A DNA stretch of 37,240 nt from Perkinsela sp. CCAP 1560/9 (Eukaryota > Protista > Euglenozoa: Kinetoplastea), in contig CBFFSA010000066.1 in the NCBI GenBank assembly GCA_965644495.1, forward strand, positions 1-37,240, given 5' to 3'. Both the position numbers and the translations under genes were made by a program. The notes beneath the pieces were generated by a model, which worked only from the letters and a program-made list of their open reading frames with translations, was not told the DNA's origin and ran no database searches. Positions 21,690 to 32,103 of this stretch are shown piece after piece. Each line of letters starts with the position of its first letter. The first letter of the stretch is position 1.

Positions 21690-24416
21690 ATGGAGGGTTT
21701 TCTCAGAAATTTGTTTGAACCCAAGTCCCCCTCTTCCGTGGTGGTGGAGCGAGATGCTGCGGTGGCGAACCCGGTCATCCAAGAGAGGGTCACTGAAGAT
21801 ATGTTGGTAGATGGGAATTTGACTGACAAGAACGATAAACCCATCGAGTTTCCCGCGAATTTGATCAGGAAAGTGACAATTGGATTTGACAAAGATCATG
21901 ATCTTGTGATTCTTTTTGAAACGAAAAAATATCGGTATGGAATTGTGATCATTGTGGGCGACTTTAATTCTCTTGGTTGGAGGGAGTGCCAGTGTTTGCG
22001 AGATGGGATGTCTTTGGTGGAACGAGCGACTCCCGCGGACAACAATCAATTCAGTACCTGGGCTGAAAAACTCAAGGCCAAGTACAAACGTGTTCAACTG
22101 ACACCCCAAGATGGTCGCCTGTTCATTTTCATTCAACCAGAGAAAGGACAATCCCGCTTTCCTCCCGAAACCATCCAATCAACCAAGTTCTCTTTCGAGG
22201 GTGGAAACGCAATATTTGAATTCAAAACCGAAAAGAAACAATTTCAGATTACAGCTGTGCTTTTTAGCCCACATGATCCCGTGCTTGGTCTGAGCATCCT
22301 GGAATGTCAATTACTGAAGGACTTGTTCAACCTGACTGAAACTGGCGATCCGATGACTGAAGATCACTTCTTTGGGTGGTGCTTGAAGATGGTGAGGGAT
22401 TATAAGATTGTTCGAATTAACTCCGAGGGCCCCAACAAATACAAAGTTGAGGTCTTGCCAACTCGAAAAGAAGAACTGACTGTCGTCTCTCCTCCTCTTG
22501 TCGAATGGATCGAAAAACAGAAAAAGAAAAAACGGCGAGAAGGAGGAGGAGGATTGCCCCAATACCGTGGTTTTATCACTGAATCATTTCTCGTTCAGTC
22601 TGGCCAAGCAACCTTGTACAAAGGAAAGAGTAAAAAAGATGGAGCTGCTGTGGCCATCAAGGTGTACAAGTCAGAAACAGATTTTGCAGAATACAAACTT
22701 GAATTGAAGACACTTTTGAAGTTAGGGGATCACCCAAATGTGGTTTGCCTTCTGGACTTCTTCGAACAACCTTTACCTTGTCTTGTGATGCAATTCATCG
22801 AAGGAAAAAATCTCTATGATTTCTTGAAAGCGGAAGGGAAGGTTCCAGAAAAACGTGCGAAGAACATGGCCCTCAAAATTGCTGAAGGTCTTGCTTATCT
22901 TCATGAAAGCGGCTTTGTCCATCGAGATGTCAAGTCACTCAACATCATGATTGATCTCTCTGACAAGCCAGTGTTGATCGATATGGGGTTGGGGCAGGAT
23001 ATTGGAAAATCACTTACAGTAACCAAAGTCGAATTTGGTGAAGTGCAGGGAAGCCTTTTGTGGATGAGTCCTGAGACACTCGAGAGAGGTGAATATTCGG
23101 TGAAGGTTGATACATACGCCTTTGGGATTATCTTGTGGGAAATCTTATCTGGTTGTCAACCCTATGAAGACTATGCTGGACCTGCACCAGCATTGGTACA
23201 AGGAGTCATTCGTGAATCGAATCCACTCCGCCCAACATTGTCCTTGATTCCTTCTTCCATTGACCCATTTCTCGTCACTCTGATGCAGCAATGTTGGCAC
23301 CCCAAACCCCAGAGCCGCCCCAGAATGCGAGACATCACTGAGTCCCTCTCTTCTGGGATTGAACCAATAATAGGCAAACCTTCCTTAAAGGAGGACATGA
23401 TCCAACGTGTCTTCATGAAATACGATCTGCGAAAGACTGGGCGACTCGATGAAAAAAAATTCGTGTTGTTGATGAGTGAAGTGGAACCATCGATTAAAAT
23501 TCCCGACGCGAAACGTTTATTTGCAATTATTGACTCCACTGCCACTGGTTCAGGACTTTGTAGTGGAAGTATCAGCCTTGTCGCTATTATCAATTACTGG
23601 AGAGGCGTTGAAGAAGAAGGAGCAACCATTCACGAAAAACTAGATACTAAGATTAAACCTGCAATAGTGCACACCGATCCGAGATCTGGTTGGTCCATTG
23701 AAGATGTTGTCCAGGCCCTGGAGCGAAATGGTTTAAGTGAATATGTAGGCGTCTTTCAACGCAATATGGTCGATGGCCCTGTTTTAATGAATTTAACAGA
23801 TGATTGTTTGAACCGGGACCTAGGCGTTTCTCCTGCCATCCATCGCGTCCGTATTCGAAATATGCATCTTTCTGATAGTGTTTCTTTGCGAAGAGCTACC
23901 CCGACAGAGAAATCTGACAATGCTGTGGCATTCGCGGAGCTTCAAAAACAATTCAATGATCTTCGTTTGGAGAAAATAGCTCATTTGGAAGAAAAAATCA
24001 AGCAAATGGATCAAAGAAAAAGAGAGAAAGGTAGAGGATCATCAAGGTGTGGACCAGCGCCATCCACTCCACCCAGATCTTGCCGCGAACCCAGCGAGAA
24101 ATCACCGAATCAGATTCGAATTGCTGAAATTCAACAACAGATTGATGAAATCAAAGAGAAAAAAATAAAGGATCTCGAAGATAAAATTGATCGTCTCAAA
24201 AATCACAGAGGATCGTCACCGTCATCTCCTTCTCCATCTCCTTCTCCATCTCCTTCTCCATCTCCTTCTCCATCTCCTTCTGTGAGTTCAGAGATGTCGA
24301 GGATTCAATTCCTCCAAGTCCAAGTTCAAAACTTACCAAACTCTGGCCTCCCTCGAGAAGAAAAAGCAAGGAGATTGGCGCAACTGGAAACTGAAATCAC
24401 AAAACTCCTTCATTAA
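21690..24416 (+). CDS. TKL-like protein kinase with a duplicated N-terminal domain, EF-hand-like pair, SAM domain and coiled-coil tail
   Basis: Kinase motifs VAIK, HRDVKSLN, IDMG, GSLLWMSPE, DTYAFGIILWE, CWHPKPQSRP. EF-hand-like YDLRKTGRLDEKKF. SAM WSIEDVVQALERNGLSEYVGVFQRNMVDGPVLMNLTDDCL..DLGV...HR. Confidence 0.92.
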   Translation: MEGFLRNLFEPKSPSSVVVERDAAVANPVIQERVTEDMLVDGNLTDKNDKPIEFPANLIRKVTIGFDKDHDLVILFETKKYRYGIVIIVGDFNSLGWRECQCLRDGMSLVERATPADNNQFSTWAEKLKAKYKRVQLTPQDGRLFIFIQPEKGQSRFPPETIQSTKFSFEGGNAIFEFKTEKKQFQITAVLFSPHDPVLGLSILECQLLKDLFNLTETGDPMTEDHFFGWCLKMVRDYKIVRINSEGPNKYKVEVLPTRKEELTVVSPPLVEWIEKQKKKKRREGGGGLPQYRGFITESFLVQSGQATLYKGKSKKDGAAVAIKVYKSETDFAEYKLELKTLLKLGDHPNVVCLLDFFEQPLPCLVMQFIEGKNLYDFLKAEGKVPEKRAKNMALKIAEGLAYLHESGFVHRDVKSLNIMIDLSDKPVLIDMGLGQDIGKSLTVTKVEFGEVQGSLLWMSPETLERGEYSVKVDTYAFGIILWEILSGCQPYEDYAGPAPALVQGVIRESNPLRPTLSLIPSSIDPFLVTLMQQCWHPKPQSRPRMRDITESLSSGIEPIIGKPSLKEDMIQRVFMKYDLRKTGRLDEKKFVLLMSEVEPSIKIPDAKRLFAIIDSTATGSGLCSGSISLVAIINYWRGVEEEGATIHEKLDTKIKPAIVHTDPRSGWSIEDVVQALERNGLSEYVGVFQRNMVDGPVLMNLTDDCLNRDLGVSPAIHRVRIRNMHLSDSVSLRRATPTEKSDNAVAFAELQKQFNDLRLEKIAHLEEKIKQMDQRKREKGRGSSRCGPAPSTPPRSCREPSEKSPNQIRIAEIQQQIDEIKEKKIKDLEDKIDRLKNHRGSSPSSPSPSPSPSPSPSPSPSPSVSSEMSRIQFLQVQVQNLPNSGLPREEKARRLAQLETEITKLLH

Positions 24417-24676
24417 ACGCAAAACTGAACAGAACGAACCATTCTCTCGATTTTGTCTGGATTTTTTATTTATTATCTGGATATTTGATTCCCCTTGATT
24501 TTTATTTTTTTTTTTTCACCAAAACTTTTTTGACCAAAAATAAAAATTGAGTTTCCTTTCAAACTTGAGATTGTGTCCTTTTATTCAATTTTGGATTGTC
24601 CTAACTTGGAAAAAGAAGGAGGGAAGAGCAGAGAGTCGAAGACAGCAACGAAAGAGATTGGACTAAATAAGGTATT

Positions 24677-27600
24677 TCACGAAATCAAATCAATCTCTTG
24701 AACATAATTTGAAGGAAAAGTCCCAAACCGACCTTCCAATGTCCCAAACCACCAATTCCCGGGTTTCTGAGTAATTCCAATGATGTCACCACAAAGAAAA
24801 TGTAAGTCCCCTTCTGTGCTACTCTCGAAGTCATAAATTGCTCGACAGCTACCAATCTTAATTTCAGATCCAGGAAGAGAGAGATGCTGGCAGATAGGGC
24901 CACATGTGTGTGAGTCGAAAAAGCTGTTAAAGCCATTCTTGCCCATATTGGTTTCTCCAAAACCGACCCCAGTGTCGGTGTGGAACGCCGGATCGGTTAG
25001 TATGTACTTATTCTCAGAAGGAGAGAAGCAGCCCTGAATGTCTACCATCATCATACGACCTCCAAGCAGTTCATAAGAGAAATGGCTCAGAGCATGAGCT
25101 GCAGGAAAGTCAGGGTCCAGAAAGGTTGAATTATTGTTGAATTTCTGAAAGTCCCCAGATAGGATCGGCTCCAAACACCAGTATTGTCGGGTTGGTTTTG
25201 CATCCTGGAGAAGCAGGGAGGAGAGGCAGTTAGCAAAGAAGCAATTTGGGAGGAGAAGAAAAGGAAAAAAAAAGTGATTTTTAAACCTTTCTTAAGGAAG
25301 AAGGGCGTTCGGCCCAATCAAGAACATCGCAAGGTAACATTTCGAAAGAAGGAGTACCACAAGGTCTCTGCCTGTTAAATTCTCGAACGATCTCTTGCCC
25401 CAAAAATTGGACAGCTGCACTTCCTTTCAAATCATACAACTCGTCTCCTGCATCTTTGTAAATATCGATCATGTGCTTCAACACGAACCGAGCTGACGAC
25501 GATAGTGACACGGCATAATACGCATAACGGAATGTCCCTTTTGCAAAAGGAGTATCTCGAAGGGTTCCCCAAAACGGGGAAACAGCCGTTTGGAAAGACA
25601 AAAAATTCAAATCCTCAAAATTGGTGGTGGGCTTGATTACGTCTGCGATGTTCTGCCCATGAGCAGCCGAGAAAGAGGCAGTCAGCCTTTTCGATCTAAT
25701 ATGAATCGGAAAAGGTTTTGACCAATCAACAACTGTCACATCCAACAAAAGGTTTTCTTCTTCGACAACTCGTGTCTTCAATCGGTCGATCTGATTTTCA
25801 AGCTCTTTCATCCGTTTCATACGTCCTTTCAAACTCATCTCCTCGACCTCCATTTGGCGTCTTTGTTCTTCTTGTTTGTTCAGCTGCTCCAACATCTCCA
25901 TCTTCTCTCTTTGGACCTCTGCCTGACGGATGGCCTTGCGAAGTTCTTGCTTTCTACGTTCATTGTGGAGTTGTTGTCGTCGTTCTCGCAATTTCTTTTT
26001 CATCTCGTTTGCTTCTTTAGCTCGCAGGAGTTTGTCAATTTCAAGTTGCGTTTGACGACTTTTTTCGAGTTCAATAAGGTTCGTCAGCACATCAATCTCT
26101 TTCCTTCTCTCTTCTTTCCTTTTCATTTCTTTAATTTCTTCAATCTGTCGTCGAAGCTTTAGAGCCTCTACTTCAGCCTTGAGCTCCTCCATATTATAAA
26201 CTGCCTCACTCTCTTCCCCCTTCACTTCAGCCTGGCACTGCAATTTCTCAATTGCATTCTGCAACTTTTCAGCTTCTGCTTGCACTCTCTCTTCCTCTTT
26301 CTTCTTCGCTTCCGATTCTTGCTTCTTCCTCTCCTCTCGTATCTTCTCCTCTTCAACCCTCATTTCTTCAATTTCGTTCTCTTCCTCAATCGAAATACGA
26401 AGTGGGTTTATGAGCTCAATTTCAGCTTCATCTTCGGCGCCACGAGAAGGATTGATCGGCATCCTACCACAGAAATTATCAAGAAAACTCATCCGATCTT
26501 TTGGAATCCGATTTGGCTTTTTGCCTGCCACTTCCACTTTCTCCAAAGATTCAGTTGAGAAAGCTTCATTTCCGTGAGCTTCCTTTTTCTCAAAACAATT
26601 CTTGCATTCACCCGCTTTGAATGGATTGGGTTCAAATTTAGAACAATCTCCACCCATCTTCTTTGTAATGTAGTAACAAGTTGTTGGTTCCATACGCGCT
26701 ACAGCGACTGCTTTTCCAGGTTTAGGTTTCAGGAGTTTGGGCCTTGCTGTACCTTCAGGTTTCTTTAATGGTAACACAGGCAGGGGCCTTGTTTCCTCGC
26801 TGGATGGTGGCCTCGCAAACCTCTTTGGTAAAGGTTCTTTTTTCTCCCCTTCCAAGGGTCTCGCAACTGATCCGGATGATGGTCCAGCTAAGAAACTCAT
26901 TCGAGATGCATTAAGCCTCTTTGGTCGTAATGATTTCTTCTCCCCTTCATTTTCTTCTTCGCTCGAAGATTTCGCGTCTGGTTTGAGTGGTAAGGGTGGA
27001 CTGAACCTCTTTGGTGGTGGGTTTACTTCTCCCTTTCCTTCCAAGGGTCTTGCAACTGATCCAGATGATGGTCTAGCTAAGAAACTCATTCGAGATGCAT
27101 TAAACCTCTTTGGTAATGATTTTTTCTCCCCTTCATTTCCTTCTTCGCTGGCCATACTCGAGGAATTCGCAGCTGGTTTGAGTGGTAAGGGTGGCCTTGT
27201 TTCCTCGCTGGATGGTGGCCTCGCAAACCTCTTTGGTAAAGGTTCTTTTTTCTCCCCTTCCAAGGGTCTCGCAACTGATCCAGATGATCCAGCTAAGAAA
27301 CTCATTCGAGATGCATTAAGCCTCTTTGGTCGTAATGATTTTTTCTCCCCTTCATATCCTCCTTCGCTGTCCACACTCGAGGATTTCGCGTCTGGTTGGG
27401 GTGATAAGGGTGGCCTTGTTTCCTCGCTGGATGATGGCCTCGCAAACCTCTTTGGTGGTGGCTTTACTTCTCCCTTTCCTTCCAAGGGTCTTGCAACTGA
27501 TCCAGATGATGGTCCAGCTAAGAAACTCATTCGAGATGCATTAAGCCTCTTTGGTCGTAATGATTTTTTCTCCCCTTCATTTCCTTCTTCGCTCGAGGAG

Positions 27601-28187
27601 GAATTCGCAGCTGGTTTGAGTGGTAAGTCTCTTCGAGGTGGACTGAACCCCTTTGGTGGTGGCTTTACTTCTCCTTTTCCTTCCAAGGGTCTTGCAACTG
27701 ATCCAGATGATGGTCGAGCTAAGAAACTCTCTGGTGCGCCAGTTGCTGGGGAGGGTATCTTTGGGGAGGGTGTCTTTGGGGGGGGTCTCTTTGGGGGGGG
27801 TATCTTTGGGGAGGGTGTCTTTGGGGGGGGTATCTTTGGGGGGGGTATCTTTGGGGGGGGTATCTTTGGGGGGGGTATCTTTGAGGAGGGTATCTTTGGG
27901 GAGGGTGTCTTTGGGGGGGGTATCTTTGGGGAGGGTATCTTTGGGGAGGGTGTCTTTGGGGGGGGTCTCTTTGGGGGGGGTCTCTTTACCTCACCGTTTT
28001 TCTTCAGAGCTGGTTCGGAGCTGGGGTAAGCCCCTGGAGAGGTCGCTGGTGGGCCGCTGGATTTCGGCACTGAAGATGATGTTCGTCCATCTTGGTGGCT
28101 CTTTTCGTCCTGGAAACAGGTCCGACAGGTGTTTTTTTTGAACAGGTGGGGTTGATATCCTGCGCAGGGTTTTTTGAACAGGTCCAT
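24677..28187 (-). CDS. Alpha-kinase with two Cys/His fingers, Pro-rich and long tandem repeats, a coiled coil and a C-terminal SH3; intron 25205-25286
   Basis: PFAKGTFRYAY, QYWCLEP, FQKFNNN, HALSHFSYE, VDIQG, LTDPAFHTD, H.C...C. SH3 CRAIYDF..EGDLHF..GDII....GNWW.G..G.FPSNYV. Fingers C..YQPHLFKKNTCRTCF...H and CSKFEPNPFKAGECKNCF...H. Confidence 0.92.
26780..27730 (-). repeat. Coding tandem repeat of ~60-80 aa units (PKRLNASRMSFLA.PSSGSVARPLEG...)
   Basis: Five near-identical SSGSVARPLEG blocks and four NASRMSFL blocks at nucleotide level. Confidence 0.9.
27748..27985 (-). repeat. 15-bp coding minisatellite (PKIPP/PKTPS)
   Basis: About 15 copies of GGGGRGGGTRTCTTT on the + strand. Confidence 0.9.
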
Positions 28188-28495
28188 CACGTGTTGGACT
28201 TTTGTCAACTTCCCACTTTTGATATTTTGCAACAACCCCGAAAAAGAGAAAGGACGGTCTTCGAGTTCCAAATAAATCCAATGGTGCAAGGAAACTGTTT
28301 CTCGGAAAAAACCAATAAAACTGTGCCACGCAATCGAAAAGTGACCTTTTTAAAGTTTATCGTTTAGCTCTCTTGATTTAGCCTCTTTTTTCAGGGAGTA
28401 CTACCTGCGCAGCTTTGGGCATGTTTTGCGCTGACAAAAAAATTGTTTGACAAAAAAATTCAAAGAAATCTTGAAAAAGAAAGAAATTTTCAGAA

Positions 28496-30077
28496 ATGGA
28501 TCTCGAGGACATGATCGACACCTTGTTAAAAGAAAACCCAGAGAAAATCACTAAAAACCAAATGATCAAAGAGAAAGACATCGAGAAACTTTGTTTAATG
28601 GCCAAGGATATTTTGAGAGAGGAGGGGAACTTGCGAAACCTTTCCGCTCCAATTACTGTTTTGTTTCTTTTTTTGGTTTTCAAAAGAGAGAAATCTCCGT
28701 GGTTTTTGTTTAACTTGAAAGAAACAAAAAAAACAGGTGTGTGGTGACATTCATGGCCAATTTTTCGATCTTCGCAAACTCCTTCAACTTGGTGGTTCTC
28801 CAAAAAACAACAATTATATTTTTCTTGTTCTCTTTCTCTTTCTCTTTCTCTTTCTCTCACTTTCTCATTTCTTATTCTTACCTTCCCAAGGGAGATTTCG
28901 TGGACAGAGGTTATCATGGCCTTGAATGTTACCTCTTGTTGCTCTGTTACAAAGTTTGCTATCCAGACAGGGTCACTCTTCTGAGAGGAAATCATGAAAG
29001 TCGACAAATTACACAGAATTATGGTTTTTACGAGGAGTGCCTTCTGAAGTACGAGGGAGGTTATTCAATGGAAAGAAAAGAAAGAAAAGAAAAGAAAAAA
29101 AAATTCCCCTCTTCCTCACATCTTAGTCAACAGGAGCTAATATTTGGAGATACATTACAGACACTTTTGATTACTTGAATATTGCGGCATTGATCAATGG
29201 TCAAATTTTTTGTGTGCATGGCGGACTCAGCCCAAAAATCCAAACACTTGATCAGGTTAGTTTGTTCAAAAAAACATTTGATTGTTGGCTTGTTCTTCAA
29301 CTAGTTTGGGAACCACAAAAGAATTGGTGTGTTGTGATTCATATCGTGTGATCTTTTTAGATTCGATTGTTGGATCGAAAGGTTGAGCCATATGATGGCC
29401 CTCTCTCTGATATGCTCTGGTCTGATCCTGAAGAAGGAAGTGAGCGTTGGCGGGTTAGTAGCCGTGGTGCTGGTTATCTTTTTAATTCTGAAGTTGTGAA
29501 AGAGGTTTTTTAAATCATTTTTTATTCTTTGAAATGAAGGAGGAGAAGTGTTAGCCGACTTTTGTGAGAAGATGATGGAGAAGTGTGAATTGAACATTGA
29601 AATAGTTTAATCAACAAAACCATCTTGATTTAATTTGCCGATCACATCAACTGGTTGAAGAGGGATACAAATTTATGTTCAATGAGAAAATTGTGACTGT
29701 TTGGTCTGCTCCCAACTACGTTTATAGGTCTTGGATTTTTTTATATCAAACTTTGAAAAATCTCCAAAGAGAGAAAGAGAGAAAGAGAAAACAAGAGATG
29801 AAATGAAAATGATCAAAAAATTGAGTTTATCACGTTTTACAGATGTGGAAACAAGGCATCCATTTTGTGTTTTGATGACAACTTGAAAAGAAATATCATC
29901 CCTTTTAAAGAATCAGACGAGGTCTTTTTTTTTTCGTGGTACCACGCCTTTAGAAGAGTAACATGAGAGAACATGAGCGAAAGAGAGAAAGAGGGTGGGG
30001 ATCTTGTGTTAAAAATAACTCTTCGACTGCAGGTGTCAAGACCAGCTGAAAGACCCCTTCCTGAATATTTTTTGTGA
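28496..30077 (+). CDS. PP2A-family Ser/Thr phosphatase catalytic subunit (PP4/PP6-like), ~7 introns
   Basis: GDIHGQ, GDFVDRG, LRGNHE, HGGLSP, LWSDP, RSHQL, SAPNY and the C-terminal EYFL* tail typical of the PP2A/PP4/PP6 group. Confidence 0.95.
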
Positions 30078-30250
30078 ACCACCATTTCCTCAAAAAAAAA
30101 AAAACATGAAAAACAATAGAATTTCCTGTCTCACAAATCCAAAGGATTTATTATTTGAATAAATCCAAAGGATTTATTATTTGAATTACTATTGAAAAAT
30201 GTCCAAAATATGACAGCAACTTAAAAAGATAAAAATATTTCATAAAAAGG

Positions 30251-32092
30251 TTATACGTAAGCTCGACAAGAAGAAGTGATACTCGCAATCACAGCAGGTA
30301 GGAGGTCCTTTGGATCGTGGTTCTCGGAGCTATCAAATACCTTAAAAGTCCCCTTCTTCGTGGTTGCTCGATAAGCCTTTTCAAAAATTGGTAACATCTG
30401 GTCACACCCATTATCCAATTTGTAAAAATAATAATCAATTCGGTTTCGAGCGAAATATTGGATGAAATCTTCTGGATTCAGTCCGTGGGGATCTCCGTCA
30501 GGGTAATCGTCCTTATAGGGATGATAGCGACGTCCATGACAAGGTGCATCCGCAATATGAAAAATCAATCGAGTTGTCGATTTCCATGCAAATTTTGAGC
30601 AAACCTCAAAAGCACCAGCAATATCCTCAGGGTAATCACCACCACCAGAATGCACCACATCATTGATGCTTTTTTTTAGTTGTTCCAATTCTTCTCTTTC
30701 CTTAAAGTCACTAAATTCGAACCGTTTAGCATCGCGATGGTCCCTGTAAGCTACGAAGGCAATTCGAACAATTCCTCCTTGAGCTAGCTCAAGACTTGCC
30801 TTAAACATCTCCATAATCTTCGCTTGGCACTCCTTGATCCAAGTGTCCATCGAATATGTGGCATCCAATAAAATACAAAGATCAAGGCCTCTTTGAATTC
30901 TTCCCAACTCTTCCCTCAAATCATCTCGACGTCGAATCAAATCACTTTCACTTTCTGTTGGAATTTTTTTTAGACGATCCAATTCTCTCGCTCGAGCCTC
31001 ATGGGCCTTGTGTGATAATAAAACCTTATCCCGCAAATCTTCCAATTCCCTTTTCGCAGCCAAGAGGTCTGAATCTTCTGATTCCGATGGTTCTGGTGCA
31101 CCCAATTGTACTTCCATCTCTGCCATCTGTTCTTGCAAGTCTCTCAGTTGTTTTTCTGAAGCCGTTTCCGATTTTCCTGAACTTGGTAACCGTCCATCTC
31201 GAAGATCTGCAAGCTCTTTTTCCAACGCAGCTAACCTCTTTTCTGATTCCGTCGGTTCTGACTTTTTTTTTTCCTTTAATTTTGCCATCTCAGCTTGAAG
31301 TTCCGCCAACTGTCGTGCAGATGCTGAAATGACTGCTGGATTTCCTGCTGATGGTGGTTTTCTCAGAGCTTCCAATTCAGCTTTCAGGGCTGCCACTTGC
31401 CGCGCTGAGTCTGACATACCTTGGTTTGAAGAAGAGGAAGAAGGTGCAGGGGTAGCTTTCAGAGCATCCAATTCAGCTTTCAGGGCTGCCACTTGACGAG
31501 CAGAGTCTGACATACCTTGGTTTGAAGAAGAGGGAGAAGGTACAGGGGCAGCTTTCAGGGCATCTAATTCAGCTTTCAGGGCTGCCACTTGACGAGCTGA
31601 GTCTGACATACCTTGGTTTGAAGAAGAGGAAGAAGGTACAGGGGTAGCTTTCAGAGCATCCAATTCAGCTTTCAGGGCTGCCACTTGCCGCGCTGAGTCT
31701 GACATACCTTGGTTTGAAGAAGAGGAAGAAGGTACAGGGGAAGCTTTCAGAGCATCCAATTCAGCTTTCAGGGCTTCCATTTGACGAGCTGAGTCTGACA
31801 TACCTTGGTTTGAAGAAGAAGAGGGAGAAGGTACAGGGGAAGCTTTCAGAGCTTCCAATTCAGCTTTCAAGGCTTCTGCTTGACGAGCTGAGTCTGACAT
31901 ACCTCGGTTTGAAGAGGGAGAAGGTACAGGGGAAGCTTTCAGAGCATCTAATTCAGCTTTCAGGGCTGCCACTTGACGAGCTGAGTCTGACATACCTTGG
32001 TTTGAAGAAGAAGAGGGAGGAGGTGTAATTTCAGCTTTCAGAGCTTCCAATTCAGCTTTCAGGGCTGCCGCTTGACGAGCTGAGTCTGACAT
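30251..32092 (-). CDS. Stand-alone VwkA-type von Willebrand A domain protein with N-terminal helical tandem repeats
   Basis: MIDAS-like LDLCILLDATYSM, RIAFVAYRDH, GGGDYPEDIAGA, IADAPCHG, DDYPDGDP: the vWA subtype found fused to alpha-kinases such as Dictyostelium VwkA. Confidence 0.9.
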   Translation of the reverse strand: MSDSARQAAALKAELEALKAEITPPPSSSSNQGMSDSARQVAALKAELDALKASPVPSPSSNRGMSDSARQAEALKAELEALKASPVPSPSSSSNQGMSDSARQMEALKAELDALKASPVPSSSSSNQGMSDSARQVAALKAELDALKATPVPSSSSSNQGMSDSARQVAALKAELDALKAAPVPSPSSSNQGMSDSARQVAALKAELDALKATPAPSSSSSNQGMSDSARQVAALKAELEALRKPPSAGNPAVISASARQLAELQAEMAKLKEKKKSEPTESEKRLAALEKELADLRDGRLPSSGKSETASEKQLRDLQEQMAEMEVQLGAPEPSESEDSDLLAAKRELEDLRDKVLLSHKAHEARARELDRLKKIPTESESDLIRRRDDLREELGRIQRGLDLCILLDATYSMDTWIKECQAKIMEMFKASLELAQGGIVRIAFVAYRDHRDAKRFEFSDFKEREELEQLKKSINDVVHSGGGDYPEDIAGAFEVCSKFAWKSTTRLIFHIADAPCHGRRYHPYKDDYPDGDPHGLNPEDFIQYFARNRIDYYFYKLDNGCDQMLPIFEKAYRATTKKGTFKVFDSSENHDPKDLLPAVIASITSSCRAYV

Positions 32093-32103
32093 ACCTTGGT
32101 TTG
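31360..32103 (-). repeat. Eight tandem ~93-99-bp coding repeats (MSDSARQxxALKAELxALKA + Ser/Pro linker)
   Basis: Near-identical units can be counted directly in the sequence. Confidence 0.95.

Noticed and set aside
26737-28029. 430-aa Gly/Phe-rich plus-strand ORF (FG-nucleoporin-like)
   Set aside because: It is the antisense shadow of the Pro/Lys-rich repeats of the alpha-kinase on the minus strand.
31360-32103. Regular direct repeats resembling a CRISPR array
   Set aside because: Units are contiguous in-frame coding repeats with no unique spacers, and there are no cas genes.
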